64,000 nt of DNA. It comes from Heptranchias perlo (taxonomy: Eukaryota). The stretch lies in assembly GCF_035084215.1 (NCBI RefSeq), contig NC_090340.1, forward strand, positions 2,666,001 through 2,730,000. The letters run 5' to 3'. Shown piece by piece: positions 51,016-63,957 of this stretch (position 1 is the first letter of the stretch; each line of letters starts with the position of its first letter). Under the pieces are notes generated by a model. It did not search any database. It was not told where the DNA came from and worked only from the letters and a program-made list of their open reading frames with translations. Made by a program: the position numbers and the translations under genes.

Positions 51016-51258
51016 ATAACTAAACAATCCGAAGGTGATTGTTGTAATTTGGTTGCCTCTGACCTACTGACACAGATATTAAAAAATCTAATGTTTACGT
51101 GTGTGTGTGTGTTGCATTAGTGCAGATATCACTCTGCAGTATTTTTGGTATGAATTTTACAGCATAGAATAAAATGAGGCAAATTCTTGCATTAAATATA
51201 TTACACCTCTCTTATCGATATATTTACATTAAAGATAAGATGAAATATGGGAACATAC

Positions 51259-52830
51259 CGGCTCTTCGCGATGGTCTGATCTTTCCCTATCATTCTGCGC
51301 TTCCAAATGAATGAAGTTGAAGACTTGCAATGAAGCATTTCATTATCTTAAAATACACTTCGGGGTAGATCGAATGTAAAGTATAACATGATCTTGATAG
51401 CACAGTTTAAGGAATTGATTGGATTCCGACCTGTATTTGACAATAGGACGGGATTGTTCAGCTTCCGATGGGCTTTGCGCACAGCGGGAGGCTGATTGGA
51501 AAATCGCAGGGTCACTACACACATTTCTCTGTTTATTGTCCTGAATGGACGGAAAAACGCACTCAATGAAAGTTGATTTTCCAATAACGATCCCGCCGAG
51601 TTCCAGACTCCGCCGCTGGCTTGGGGGCCTTGGGAAATTCCACTCCATTTTATCCAACAATTTAGAAATTCGAATCTATCGTTACACCAGTAGTAACGAA
51701 ACCTGTATTAAAAACATTCGTTTATATAAATTGCAACAACTAATCGGACTGAGATGACTGGGAAGGGTCCTTCATATTTTAAAACCCAGGATAAACTTAT
51801 ATCCACCAAGCGCCCCTGTTCCCGTGAGACAGTGTAACTGTAATTTGAACCGTTCAGTTACAATCCACTAACTTTCTCTTTACATGTAACAGAAAGTTTT
51901 CGCTTACTCTTTGAAAGTTGTGTTTACTTTAGTAAAAACACTAAATGATTCCTTGCTTTTATTTTTCGTTCTGAGGCATCGGTTCCCCATGGTGAGAGCT
52001 AACACCGAAAATACCAACCCGCCCCCTGCACATACAGAAATCAGCAAGTAACGGGAAATGTCACCATCTACAAGAGTTAGATGTAATGTATAAATATGAA
52101 GCAGTGCACTGTTCAATTCAACACGATCATGACTTAAAAGATCACAAATATTTTAATCAATTTTTCTATTTCAGTACTTTTACATTTAAGCTATAGTTTT
52201 ATGAAACAGAATGAAAATGCTGAGCTATGTTTAATTTTTTCATGCTTGACGAACAAGTTTTTTTTACCTTATCTTGCCTTAAACTCAAATCTGATTTTAT
52301 CCAGGTTTCCTGTTGAAATAAGACTGCGATATAAGGGGGTAATTGTGACTTTGTGCGTTTCTGTAAAACTGGTGATAGCGAAGTGGCAGCCCGTTTTACC
52401 TCACTTCCGATTTTTATTTCCATTTACCGTGTGATAATAATTAGTTTGTTATTTTATACAACGGCTAATAGCTGTTGCTAAAATTACAGCTTGCTGCAGA
52501 TTGCGGGCACGGTTTAAGGAATGCAGGAGACAGCGGTGCAACTCCAACGTGTTAAGACTTGGAACGGCAGGATGCGAGTTATCGCCCCACATTGCCCCAG
52601 GCATCAGTTCCACATCTCGACCGTGACTCCCACTTATCCAGGAGTTGCCGAACAACAGTTGCAGAGGCTTTGGAGTGAAATATCTGGCAGAAATCCACGA
52701 ATAGGGGTATCTGAGTGAAAGTTAGCACATGGGGGTGGGGATAACCGCAAACGGTTCTATTTGCGGGATAATGAAATCTGCAATCTGCGTTGGGGTAGGT
52801 GATAGTGTAAGTGGACGTTGGAGGATGTAG
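51259..52830 (-). pseudogene. Ig receptor copy 2 pseudogene (C1 3' remnant ~52788-52830, TM exon 51957-52067, cytoplasmic exon 51259-51302)
   Basis: TM LLISVCAGGGLVFSVLALTMG; C1 donor lost, TM donor is GC, cytoplasmic acceptor AG->GG; introns homologous to copy 3. Confidence 0.8.
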
Positions 52831-53749
52831 GTTATTGGAGGATGAAGGGATACAAATAAAAGGCGGGTAAATGGAGTTAAGGTACAGATTAGCCATTATC
52901 TGATTGAATAGTGGAACACGCTGTAGGCGCTGACTGGCCTGCCCCTGCTTGTTTGTTTGTATCTAAGAACAATTACGGGATGAAATTCGCCCCGGTACTA
53001 TCTGTAGTCCGTATAGATACGAGGCTTAACCTCATATCGAATTTCCTTATACGGGCGTTATTTTGAACAACGGAGGCTATGTTATCCCATGTCTTCGTAT
53101 CTAAGAGTCCAAGACTTGGAAAGAGTTAAAGTAAAACGTTAACTGCTGCAAAGTATCTTAACAAAATAAAGGAAGATGCTGAGCAAGATGCAACGACTGA
53201 AATATGTTGATGAGTGTGGCACAATGCACACCCATAGGTGGGAAGCAAGGGCGCAAAATTGGGCCGTGTAGCGCCCATTGTTTCGGCGCTGCACGGTCTC
53301 TCCGACATCCAAGACGGCGTTTTGGATGCGCATCCACGTTTCCTGCGTGACGTGCGCCAGACGCCATCTTGGTATAGTAGTTAGCGCATGCGCTAATACC
53401 GGACCCTGGCAGCATGTAAAGTAGGGAGAAAATGGCTGCAATCAGTGGGCAACGCTGATTTAAAGTGATACACACCATTTTCAACCTTAACGCTCAACTC
53501 AACGGACATTCTTATTCCCGACCCATCTAAACGTTTCTTACAGCGCTTGAAGGACCCCCCACCAGCGCTATTTAAAGGGGCCACACAGTTGTTGCAGGAT
53601 TATTGGACCTGGCTGCTGGAGGAGTAGGAAGTGATTTTGAAGCTCCCAACTCTTATTCAGAGTTCCTACACTACTTTTGAGGGGCTTTGGCAGGTACTGC
53701 CTTACGGGTCAGAAAGTTACAACCCTGTGGAACAACATTCCTGTCAACC

Positions 53750-54820
53750 ATGGGCAGTCTGCGAGGGCTCCCATTGGGCATTGAGCATGACTGAGAGCAT
53801 GCAGAGAGGCCACGCACAGTGGGTCAAGCTGCGAGGAGATGGAGGACGAGGAAGCCCAGCATACTGAGCAGGAGGCCCTACTCAATGAGTGCCTTCCGGG
53901 ATCAATTTTCTTACCTCAACATGACCGAGGGGGATTGCATCCGACACCTAAGGTTCACCAAGGATGCCGTCACCGAGATCTGTCAACTGGTGTGGCCACA
54001 ACTGCAGCCTCAGAGCAGGGCGAGGACAGCATTGCCTGTGGCTGTGAAGGTCATCGTGGCGCTTAATTTCTACAGCTCAGGATCATTTCAGGCTTCAGTT
54101 GGCGACGTGTGCAACATCTCGCAGTATGCAGTACACTGCTGCATAAGGGAGGTCACAGACGCACTGTGCCACATGAAGAACAGGTTCATCACCTTCCCTC
54201 TCAACAGAGACAATCAGAATGAGCGAGTGCGGGGGTTCACCCACATTGCTGGCTTCCCCATGGTGCAGGGTGCCATTGACTGCACACACATTGCCCTGCG
54301 TGCCCCGCACATCAACTCAGCTGTCTTCGTCAACCAAAAGGGTTTCCACTCCCTCAACGTGCAGCTGCTGCCCGAGCACACGCATTGAATCATGGAGGTC
54401 AATGCCCGCTACCCTGGGAGCAGTCACGATGCCTTCGTCATGCGGCAGTCCAACGTGCCAGCTATCTTTCACCTGACTCGGCAAGTCAAAGGCTGGCTAA
54501 TGGGCGACAAGGGCTATCCCGTCATGACTTGGCTCACGACACCGGTCAGGAACCCACGCACACGTGCGCAGCAGGCCTATAATGAGAGCCATGCTGGCAC
54601 ACGCAACATTGTGGAGCAGACCATAGACCTCCTCAAACAACGCTTCCGCTGCCGAGACCAGTCTGGAGGAGCCCTGCAGTACTCCCCTGAGAGGGTGGGC
54701 AGATTCGTGGTGGTCTGCTGCATGCTGTACAACCTCGCCATCATGAGGGACCAGCCTTTACCACCAATAATTGCAGAAGATCCTGAGCCAGAGGTGGAAG
54801 AGGAGGGGGAGAAGTGGTGA
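53750..54820 (+). pseudogene. Harbinger DDE transposase (HARBI1-like) with in-frame TGA at 53792 and 54386
   Basis: GAIDCTH, KGFHSLNVQ, PGSSHD, GDKGYP, RNIVEQT..LLKQRFRC in one frame. Confidence 0.92.
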
Positions 54821-55138
54821 TGGAGAGGAGGGGTTGGATCTGGAAGAGGAAGTGGAGGAAGACGCAAGGGTGCAACAGGAACCACATGCCTTGTCTGCAA
54901 GGGCTGTGCGTGCTCGCCTGATCCGTGCCCACTATCAATAATTTCAACTACATCCCCCAAGCCACCAACAGTCCTGCATTCCCCATCTTTCCCCTCCCAC
55001 AAGACAATCAAATCGTCCTCCATCTGATTACACATTGGTGTCCCTCTCAGCTCATTGCATAATTAAAAACAATCACCAAATGCAAAATCAAACTCTCATT
55101 TATGGATGAATAAATGAAATTATGCAAACATGATTGAA

Positions 55139-57038
55139 CTATTCGCCCATGTGCATGACCTTAATGTCTGTTGTCCTTGTGCCTTTACCTATCCTAGTGC
55201 TTCTACGAGGTACTTCCCCAGTGGCTGAAGCATGGGTGGTGGAAGGCTGCTGGCCTTCAATGGAGAAACGTGCAGATGGCCTTGGAGGACGACCTCGACC
55301 AGCTCTGGGCCTGGACGGCCCGGCTTCAGACTGCACCATCTCAATATGGGCTGCAGCAGTCTGGCCTGGCTGGCTGGGAGGCAACAACAGGGGCACTGGC
55401 AGAGTGGCAGGGGTGGGAACAAGAATGCTGTCGGCCTGAGAGAGGACAGCACATCTGGCTGCCATGGCGCCACTGCCACTCTCCCAGGGTGGCGCCTCAG
55501 CAATCGGCTGGAGAACGGATTGCTGGAGTGCTGTGACACCCTGGAAGCCCCGTTCCACAGTGGTCACCAGAACCATGATCGCAGCAGTCTGAGCTTCCAA
55601 GGCAGCAGTCTGAGCTGCAAATGCAGCAGTTAGACCATGGATGGCAGATGTTTGTGCTGCAATGGAAGCTGTGACATCAGTTATCAGACGCTGCATCATG
55701 GTGGGTTCCACAGGTGCGCTGATGAAGGTGAGCACCCGTTCCATTTTGGAAAGGATGGGCTCCAAGCTCTGCACAAAGCCCTGCGCCAAGTTGGAGCTGG
55801 ACTCCTCCATGTCCCTTCTCATTGTGCGCAGGTTTTCTGGCAGGCTTTCCAGTGCCCCAAGCATTTGTTGGTGTGCACCCATCAGCCGTCTTCTGTAGCC
55901 TGGCCCATCGAAATCCTCATCTGACTCCTCTGTTGCAGAACTAGTGAACGACCTCGCCCTCCGGTGAGCTGGGACCTGTGGTATCCATTCCCTCCACCCG
56001 GCTCCTGATCACTTGTGCTCGGTGTCTCATCACGTGCAGATCCCTCCTGTAACCTAATCTCTAAAGGACACGCAGTGTCAGTCTCTGAGCTGATGGAAGC
56101 AAGTGTCAGATCGAGTGCTGATGTGGCTTCAGTGTCCCCCTCCTCCTCCCCCACCTCCTCCCCCTCCTCCTCCGAGGGTGCTGTCACGTGTTCTTGGGTA
56201 TCTGCAAATTCAAAGGGAAACAGGTTGAGTTGTGGAGTGGGGAGAGGAGCAAGTCAGAGGTGTGTGCTGAGAGCATGTGCAGCACGTGAGTCAGAAAAGA
56301 TTATGGGAGGAGGGAGATGTGCAAAAGGAGAAGGAGCATTAGATATGCAGAGATCCCTTCATTGGGACCTTCAGCGCAGCACGTTGGCTGCAGCGACGGT
56401 CTGCCCAATGATCCGCAACACCATCTCCTCTAGGGGGTTGAGGACGTGCAGACGTGCCCGTCCAGCCTAAGGTCTCTCCTGCTGCCAGGTGTTATATATC
56501 ACCTTCTCCTGCAATACAGAGGAGAGTGTCAGTGAGTGTCCTGCAAGGTGTGTGGGTGATGTGCCTGTTGTGTGGTCGAATAGCTGCCAGTTTGTGTGGC
56601 TTGTGAGTGGTGGTTGTGTGGCCTGCAAGTGTGCTACTATGTGCAGGTGAGATGCAGCATTTGGTATGGATGGGCAGTGTTTGTTGGTGGGTGGGTGACA
56701 GGAGGTGTCGTGCATGGAGCATTGGTGCAGTTGGTAGGATGTGCCACTTAACACTTGTATTCACTCACCTTGACCAACTCATTAAACGTCTTCCGGCACT
56801 GCACTCACGTGCATGGTGCAATGCTCCTAGCATTCACCTCCTGCACCACAGCCTGCCAATGCCTACACAGCTGTAGTGTGAAGGGTCTCCAGCCACCCTG
56901 CGGGTACATGCATGCCCTCCTTTGGTCCACGCCTTCCACCAGGGCCTCGAGAGCATCGTCAGAGGATCATGGAGCCCTCTATCTTGCCAGTGCAGCTACT
57001 CACAATGCCCTTCACCTAGTTGGCTGTGTATCTGCCAT
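55139..57038 (-). pseudogene. Harbinger Myb/SANT-like partner gene (spliced, several stops)
   Basis: Exon 57038-56769 reads RAP*SSDDALEALV...W..V..EVN..CT*VQCRKTFNEL followed by gtgagt; further ttgcag acceptors near 56509 and 56202; low-complexity C-terminus. Confidence 0.8.
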
Positions 57039-59810
57039 TTGAAATGTGCCTGCACCTTTAAGTAGTACAGGCTGCTGATGTCGTGCGCTGTGCACGCCCC
57101 ATTTCCAATTTCCTCATTCTCCGTGCAATCTTTCAGCAGCGAGGGCTGCGCTTGCTGCATGGAGATTTCATGGTAAGTAGCAGGTAGCACGAAGTTCACG
57201 TTCTCGTTTTAATGGCATGGCGCTACCATTGCCCAGAACAGACCCTTATCCAATTTCCACTCCCACCAACTGTTTATATTTCGGTGAAAGTGATGACAGA
57301 CCATCGTGTGAGGGTAAGGGTGGTGGTTTAAAAATGACTGAAGACTGGGGGACAATGTTAAATAAACAGAATCCCTGAGTACATTTGCAAAGGATATTAT
57401 TCTTGTAATGAAGATATTTTTTACGCATTGAAAAGTGTTGAGTCACGCACCCTGCCACGTTATTAACCAGTGACATCAAAGACCTGCAAAAGTGGTTTGC
57501 TGATGGTCTAATACACAATTAAGCTTTACTCTGTCCGGCACCAAAACCATTCGCCCAATTTATCTCATATTTCCCACTCTTTTTACTGCACTGTCGGAGC
57601 TGTCGGGTGTTTAATAATAAATTAACCCCAAGCCCTGTCTACCTGCTGTGTTGGTTAAAGTGGGCGTGAAAGATCCGAAGTCTCTGCTCATTTCAATGGA
57701 CATCTGAATCGGTCGGTTTCTGTAACGGGCAGCGATATTCCGGTAATATTCTCCCCAGCTATTAAATAACACTCGACTTTTGGATTGATTGTTCATTGCT
57801 TGACATAATCACACCTTACACGTGTAATCATTTGCTAATTTATTTGTATTTTTGGATTTGATCTTTAAACATATAAAATGTCATTGTCGGTCCCAATCAG
57901 GGCAGCGTGAACTGCGATTACAAACAGAGCGCGATGTTCACATAGTGCTTATCGGTGGACTTCCGTCTGAGGATCTACTGGGCGGATTGCAGCAAGCAAA
58001 ATCTGGCGGGACTTTTGCACTCCAGTAACGCAACTCGCTGGATTTTCCTCCCATTTAAATTAATGGGAGGAACATCTATCGGTTCTGTTAAGGGCGCGTG
58101 AGCCTCCCCGCCTGATTTTCCTTCCTGCCTTCCGCCTAGAGGATAATTATGAAGATCTAACCCCGATATCTAAAGGAGGAAGAGATCCATTCATCAGCAC
58201 CTACTTCCCTCATCCCCACGTGCACAAAAGGAATTTTACACAGGATCCAGGAAAACTGGGACAATCGTAGGCTGGCAAGTGGACCCAAACTAAGATTTTA
58301 TCCTCCACGCTATAACTAATATATATATATATATATATATGACCAATCATTGAGTGTTTGAAACTTGAAACTTCATCACTTTCAGGTACCTTCCTGCTTA
58401 TTCTCTGGTCGCAGTTCGGACTGATTAACGAGAGGCAACTCATAGAAATCCTGATGCCCTAGAATTTGCTGACTACTAAATCACATCCATCTACCTTATC
58501 TTGCCTGTTTCTGTAGTGCAATGCATATTAAACAGCACTGACAGCCTAGCAGCCTCGCTCACAATACTTAGCATTGCACATTATATGGATACACGAAAGA
58601 AATGTCTCCAGAACTTAGGAAAATATATATTCCACGTGAGACACACGGGAAGATCTGTATCTCATTGAGATCCATGATATTTACAGATTTTGGAAAACGA
58701 GCATTTCCCAGAGCAATGAGTTTGGAGCATTGTCAACGGTCAGCAGATACCGACTTTCGCAAATGAAGGATAAAGCCAGAGAGCGGGACACCGCCAAGTT
58801 TGAAAAGAGGAGGAGAAGAGGAAAATAATGACAACCTGACATCAAGCTTGGGTTTTTAATCTGCAGCTTCTGAAATATTTTATTGTTCAGCTGATGTTGC
58901 AGGAAACGCACCAGCGAAAGAAACCAAATGATAACAAGTTTTACAATCAGGATATTACAATGTTTATTATCAAATTGTTACTTGATTTAAACAACGAGTT
59001 CTAAGCTATTTATGGTTAAACACTAGTATAGCGGTTTGGTGGCTATTTTTATTTTAAAATTGCTCATAAATTTCCGCTGTGCGCATCAATATTGTAAACA
59101 TCATTAGAAAAGAATAGTTAGCCATTCCAATGCGTAAAATTCACAGGGTGATCTTTCCTCTGAAAGCGAAATATGTTTAGACTAAAATATTGTTTCTTGT
59201 CGCTAGCTTCATCGCGATTTATTTCATTCGGTATTTTTAGGAGCCAACAGTCACGATGTCGCTACACCTAAGGACCAGCACATTTCTTAGCCCAATATTA
59301 TTAAACTATGTTTGAGATTGAAATACAATACTGCACGTTTATCGAACATTAACTAAACGTTTGTTGCTGATTTAACACGGCCACATGTTAGGAGTGAATG
59401 GACTAAATACGGTATTTAAAAATGATTACAAGTAATTTTATCTTGCTGAATACAAATGAGTAAAACAGGTTATAAACAGCCACAACGTATGATGTTAACG
59501 CTCTATTCTGCGGACAATCTGCTAATAGCGGGTAACATCGGAATACAGATTCCGTTAAACGAATTACAAGGACATAACAAAAACAAGGCCCGGAGCTGCT
59601 ATAAACAGCCAGGACTTCTCACAATGGAGTGTATATCCAACATGCCGCCCGGCGTAAAACTGGCGTTGCGGATCGGGCGCCCATTATAAAAACTTCCCGA
59701 TTACCAAAACCAGATTAATCCCATTTGTTCCACCGTGATGTATTTTTTGGTTAAGCGTGGGTGATGTGTGTCTCTTTGTTCTGATTCCCAGCCGGACGCT
59801 GCCCTCTCCT

Positions 59811-59888
59811 TTAATGTTTATCCCTGGACGGTTTTTTGGAACTGGTCAATACTATTGCATCGTAAGGCGCGTTTGCATTCGCGTCTCT
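59811..59888 (-). CDS. Ig receptor copy 3, putative terminal cytoplasmic exon (RDANANAPYDAIVLTSSKKPSRDKH*)
   Basis: tccctgcag acceptor, phase 0 matching the previous donor, one YxxI motif. Confidence 0.5.
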   Translation of the reverse strand, partial: RDANANAPYDAIVLTSSKKPSRDKH

Positions 59889-60964
59889 CTGCAGGGACTG
59901 AAATTCGAACTAGTTATTCAGTCATGTTGTTCGTTCAATTGAGCGGGCTCCTCGTTCAGACATTCTGAAAAGGAGCACCGACCGGTATATCGCCGGTCCG
60001 CGGTGCCTGATTTTCGAGTCATTTAAATTAATAAACAAAAAAGTGCAGCGGTGACCCATGATTTAACGACTTGTGAACGCCCGATCGTATTAGCCTGTCC
60101 GTTACTGTTCAAACACAGCGATATAAGGAAGGTTAGGGATAAGAACCGGCCATTTAGCCTTGAATGTACAGAGCAGAACAGTCAAGGCTAAATCTATTTG
60201 CAGCCCACCATTGTTGCAGAAAAAAAAAAGCGTGGACCGATTAGATCCTTTATGAAGATTAACAATATAAAATGTGAAGATTTATACATAGTCCAAATAG
60301 TGGTGCAATAATTATACAATAAATGGAATTGAATTAGCACAGAGCGACTTAGAAAGAGTCTGGGTCTCACCATAGTCAGATTACTATCAATAGCCCGGCC
60401 CTTAAATAACTAGTAGAATTCTAGGACATATAACCAGAACATCAAATTCAACAGGTCGTACGAAAGCTTCAAAATTAACTTGTGGAGCACATTTAGAATA
60501 TTACGTTCACTTTCCCACCAAAACTGAAAAAAAGAAATATAAATATGCAGCTAAGAATGAAGAAAAAGAGCAAGGCTGAGCCTAAATGTAGAAGGGTAAG
60601 TTAGGAAGAGGATTCGATGCGCCGACTCTTCCCATACTATAAATAAAGTGGTTAAGAACCTCATTAAAATTTCTACAATATTCAGTGATTTGGATACGGT
60701 GGACCGGATTATTGTTGCAGTCTTTACCAAGCTGCAGTTGATGTAAATGGGAAATAAATCGACAACAGACATAAGGAAAACACTTCCTTGATAGACTCAG
60801 ACAGATTTGGGATAATTTTCTAGACAGGGTATTGGAGGCAAACTCATTAAAATGAGGCCGGGCATGTTGTTACATGAAATAGATTGAAACGCTCTCAGCT
60901 GATTCTGGAAACAACAATACATATTTACATGTGATATAAGTTAGGATCAATCAAGTAAACATAC

Positions 60965-61008
60965 CGGCTGTTCACTGGGGTTAGGTCTCTCCACAGAGTT
61001 CTCCTCTC
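60965..61008 (-). CDS. Ig receptor copy 3, cytoplasmic exon 1 (GEENSVERPNPSEQP)
   Basis: aacag acceptor, gtatgt donor, 44 nt as in copy 1. Confidence 0.78.
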
Positions 61009-61229
61009 CTGTTAATGAACGGAGTTCAAAAATATTTTACAATGAAACATTTAATCCGCGGTTAGGCCTTTTATTAGAAGGACAACTGGTAGATTTCATG
61101 TAAAGTTTAAAATTATGTTGAGTGCAATATTAACAAGTCACGGCTCCATTCCTGTGACAGAGCAACAGAAATTTAAACCGTTCAGTTACTCAAATTAACT
61201 CCTCTCGGCACCAACTCTTGAAAATTCCG

Positions 61230-61745
61230 TCAGAACAGAGACTAGTGGGTGATTTGATGTGTTTAAAATGGTGAAGCATAGGACAGAGCAGATAGACATC
61301 ATTTTCACGATAGTGCAAAACGGGCAAAACTGTCCGTTGAACACCACGCGTTCCACAGGAGGAAAATCAGGCTGGGTGTATAAGACTGATTAAACATCGC
61401 CCATTTTACACTATCGCCAAAAGTTAAAATTACCCCAGACTGTTTCCAGGGATTGAGGGGCTTAGAACGAGCCTTTACCGGTATAAGATTAAATGTTAGA
61501 GAGCATGAGAAACCTTCTTACACAGAGAGTTGTGAAACTGCGGGACGCACTACCGGACTTATTGATTGAATCAGAGACCATGTCAACATTTAAGGATAAG
61601 TTGGATAGGTGGTGGAAGAAAAGGGAGATAAAGGGACATGTGAACAGGGCGGGCAGATAGTTTTAGGATACTGGTCGTCTGGAGGATGAACACCAACATG
61701 GACTGGTTGGGCCGATGGGCCGTTTCGTGTTGCATTTAATTCTAT
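61230..61745 (+). mobile_element. Old CR1 3' fragment with a small inserted repeat (~61300-61437)
   Basis: ttcttacacagagagttgtgaaactgcgggacgcactacc and a CR1-type tail. Confidence 0.6.
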
Positions 61746-61815
61746 ATAATTCCCAGGTAATCTCTACGTAATTCTCTTTCAGGCTGTTTTTAATTAACAA
61801 ATAAAAAATTCTTAC

Positions 61816-61929
61816 CTTTAATTTTCTTTAATTGACATCGCTTCCCAATAATGAGAGCCAGCATTAGAAATACCAAACTACCCCATACACATCTGGAAAT
61901 CAATAAGGAACCGCTGATGTTGTCACGAT
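61816..61929 (-). CDS. Ig receptor copy 3, TM exon with intramembrane Arg (DRDNISGSLLISRCVWGSLVFLMLALIIGKRCQLKKIK)
   Basis: ttttag acceptor, gtaaga donor, phase 1/1. Confidence 0.88.
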
Positions 61930-62727
61930 CTAAAATATTAATGTAAAGTATATAAATATGAAGGATATGTCCAAAATTATCACCCAATCATAACCATTAG
62001 CATGGATTCTTATTTGAAAATTATTCTCATAAACGCTGAAAGAACAGAGATATTTTAATCAATCTTTGCTCTTTTATCTTCTTCTTCGCGAAAGTATAGA
62101 TTCTTTTCTCTCAGATCTAATTTTTATCCTGGCTTCTTCTTGATGATATGATTGTGACTGAAAGTGAATTTTGTACAGTAACTAATAGATGTTGCTAAAA
62201 TTACAGTTTGCAGCAGATTGTGAGCACGGTTTGTGGAATGCAGGAGACGGCGGTTGTGCTCCAAACAGTAAGGCACGAGTTACTGCCCGTTACTGCTCCA
62301 AGGGCCACTTCCACACCTGAGCCGTGACTCCAGGAGGTACGGTGCAATGGGGCAGGAGACCCCGAACAGCAATCGCAGAGTTCTTGGAACCTGATTAAAA
62401 GTGAATAATTGTAGCCAGTAGTCTTACACTTTGACGGATTTAAAACCCGGTGAAAGAACCGGAGTAGAACAACTGATGAGAAAGTACAATTTGCCCAACC
62501 CGAAGAGAGTCGTAGCAAAGGGTTCTATCGCGCGATAACTGAGATCTGCTATCTTATCTTTAGGGTAGGTGATGATGTAAATGACCGAGGCTTTGGAGCA
62601 GAACACCTGGCATAAATCCACGGTTAATGGTATTTGAGTTAAACACATGGTGGGGTCAGGGCCAGGGTGGGGGAGCGATCACAGTAATCGGTTCTATTTG
62701 CAGGATAACTGAGATCTGCTATCTTAC

Positions 62728-63033
62728 CTATGGGATAGGTGACAATGTGAGTGGCCGTGGCTGGAATTTGGAATGTAACGTGAGACACCAGGCAGGTATA
62801 AACAGTCCCGGTTGGAACAGGCGTATCATCCAAACGGCTGGAAGCTTCATATAGTCCATCGGTGATGAGTTGTATAACGTTACTTATCTCTGTTGTAGTT
62901 TTGGTGCCATCTTTATACCAAGTGAAGGTGATATTCTCCGGGTAAAACGGAGATGTCGCGCACACAACTGTAAGAGACGCAGATGAATCCTTTTCATGTT
63001 CTTGAGAGGTAATTTTCAGCGGAGTTGGCGGAA
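62728..63033 (-). CDS. Ig receptor copy 3, C1-set exon
   Basis: [26 protein letters not shown]; ttctag acceptor, gtaaga donor. Confidence 0.93.
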
Positions 63034-63957
63034 CTAGAAAAGTTGAGGAAAGCAACGTTACTCGGGCATCAGTCAAGGTCATCAACAGTCGCTTTGTTTC
63101 GTCCTAATCCGGACAGCACGATGAGGGGAGCTATTCACTCTGCGCTATCGGTAGCGACATCGTAAACGGCATTTTCGTAAACGTGCACTTTATTTCGGAG
63201 TAATTTTAACTTTTATCCCCGGGCGATAAACGGGTGACGGCTGATGGGAAAGAAAATCACCAGGGTGTAAATCGGACGGCCGATTCACTATCGCCTGTTT
63301 TGCGGTACCGCTGCCGATCAATTCCACCCCTTTAAGTATAGCAACTGATGATAAAGTACAATTTTCCCAAACGCGAGGGACTTTGACACAAAGTTTCTGG
63401 ATAATATCTTATTTACTGGAGACTAAAAAGATGATGAAAATATGGGGTACGTGGCTCAAGTTACTGAGTGTGGACTTTAACTGTTAGTCACACCCGGCTT
63501 TCAACGCTCTTAACATATAGACCATTAAATTACAAATGGGTGAATCTGAATTCCAATTGAAACAGTCAGCCCTCCGAACCAGTGCACACAAAATCAACCA
63601 TCAAACAGGATCACATTTTGCTTACGGTGGCAGAAAGCGTTCGTATCCAATACAATAAAACAAACACAAGTCTTTAACGGATATTGTAATTTTAACTTCA
63701 CATACTTTTTGCATACACGCTGACTGTGTATTTTTGGGGTAAAATTACTAAAAGACAATGCTCTTGTTGATTAATATTGCTGAAATATTGTAATACCCAT
63801 TAGCATGTAACGTGTATCAGCCTACAATGCAATTTGAATTTATTCGTATAAAACGATTGGAATTTAAGTTATAATGTGAATCCTTCAAAGCACACCCGAG
63901 AAATGATTCGAATATTACAGTCACAGAGATCGCATTCGTCGCTATTTTCATACTTAC

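Larger units (their letters stand above)
53249..57264. mobile_element. PIF/Harbinger DNA transposon (two convergent genes)
   Basis: Transposase on +, Myb/SANT gene on -; degenerate termini gggcgcaaaattgg / ccaatttccactccc. Confidence 0.88.

Noticed and set aside
53750-54820. Domesticated HARBI1 gene
   Set aside because: In-frame stops, adjacent Myb partner and terminal repeats indicate a transposon copy
58560-58842. Leader-like MSGCHYFPLLLLFSNLA and V-like FPKSVNIM..FPC as the missing 5' end of copy 2
   Set aside because: No phase-1 donor, no Trp or YYC motif; suggestive only
59757-59942. Plus-strand ORF containing GQYYC
   Set aside because: No other V-domain landmarks; antisense to the putative copy 3 terminal exon
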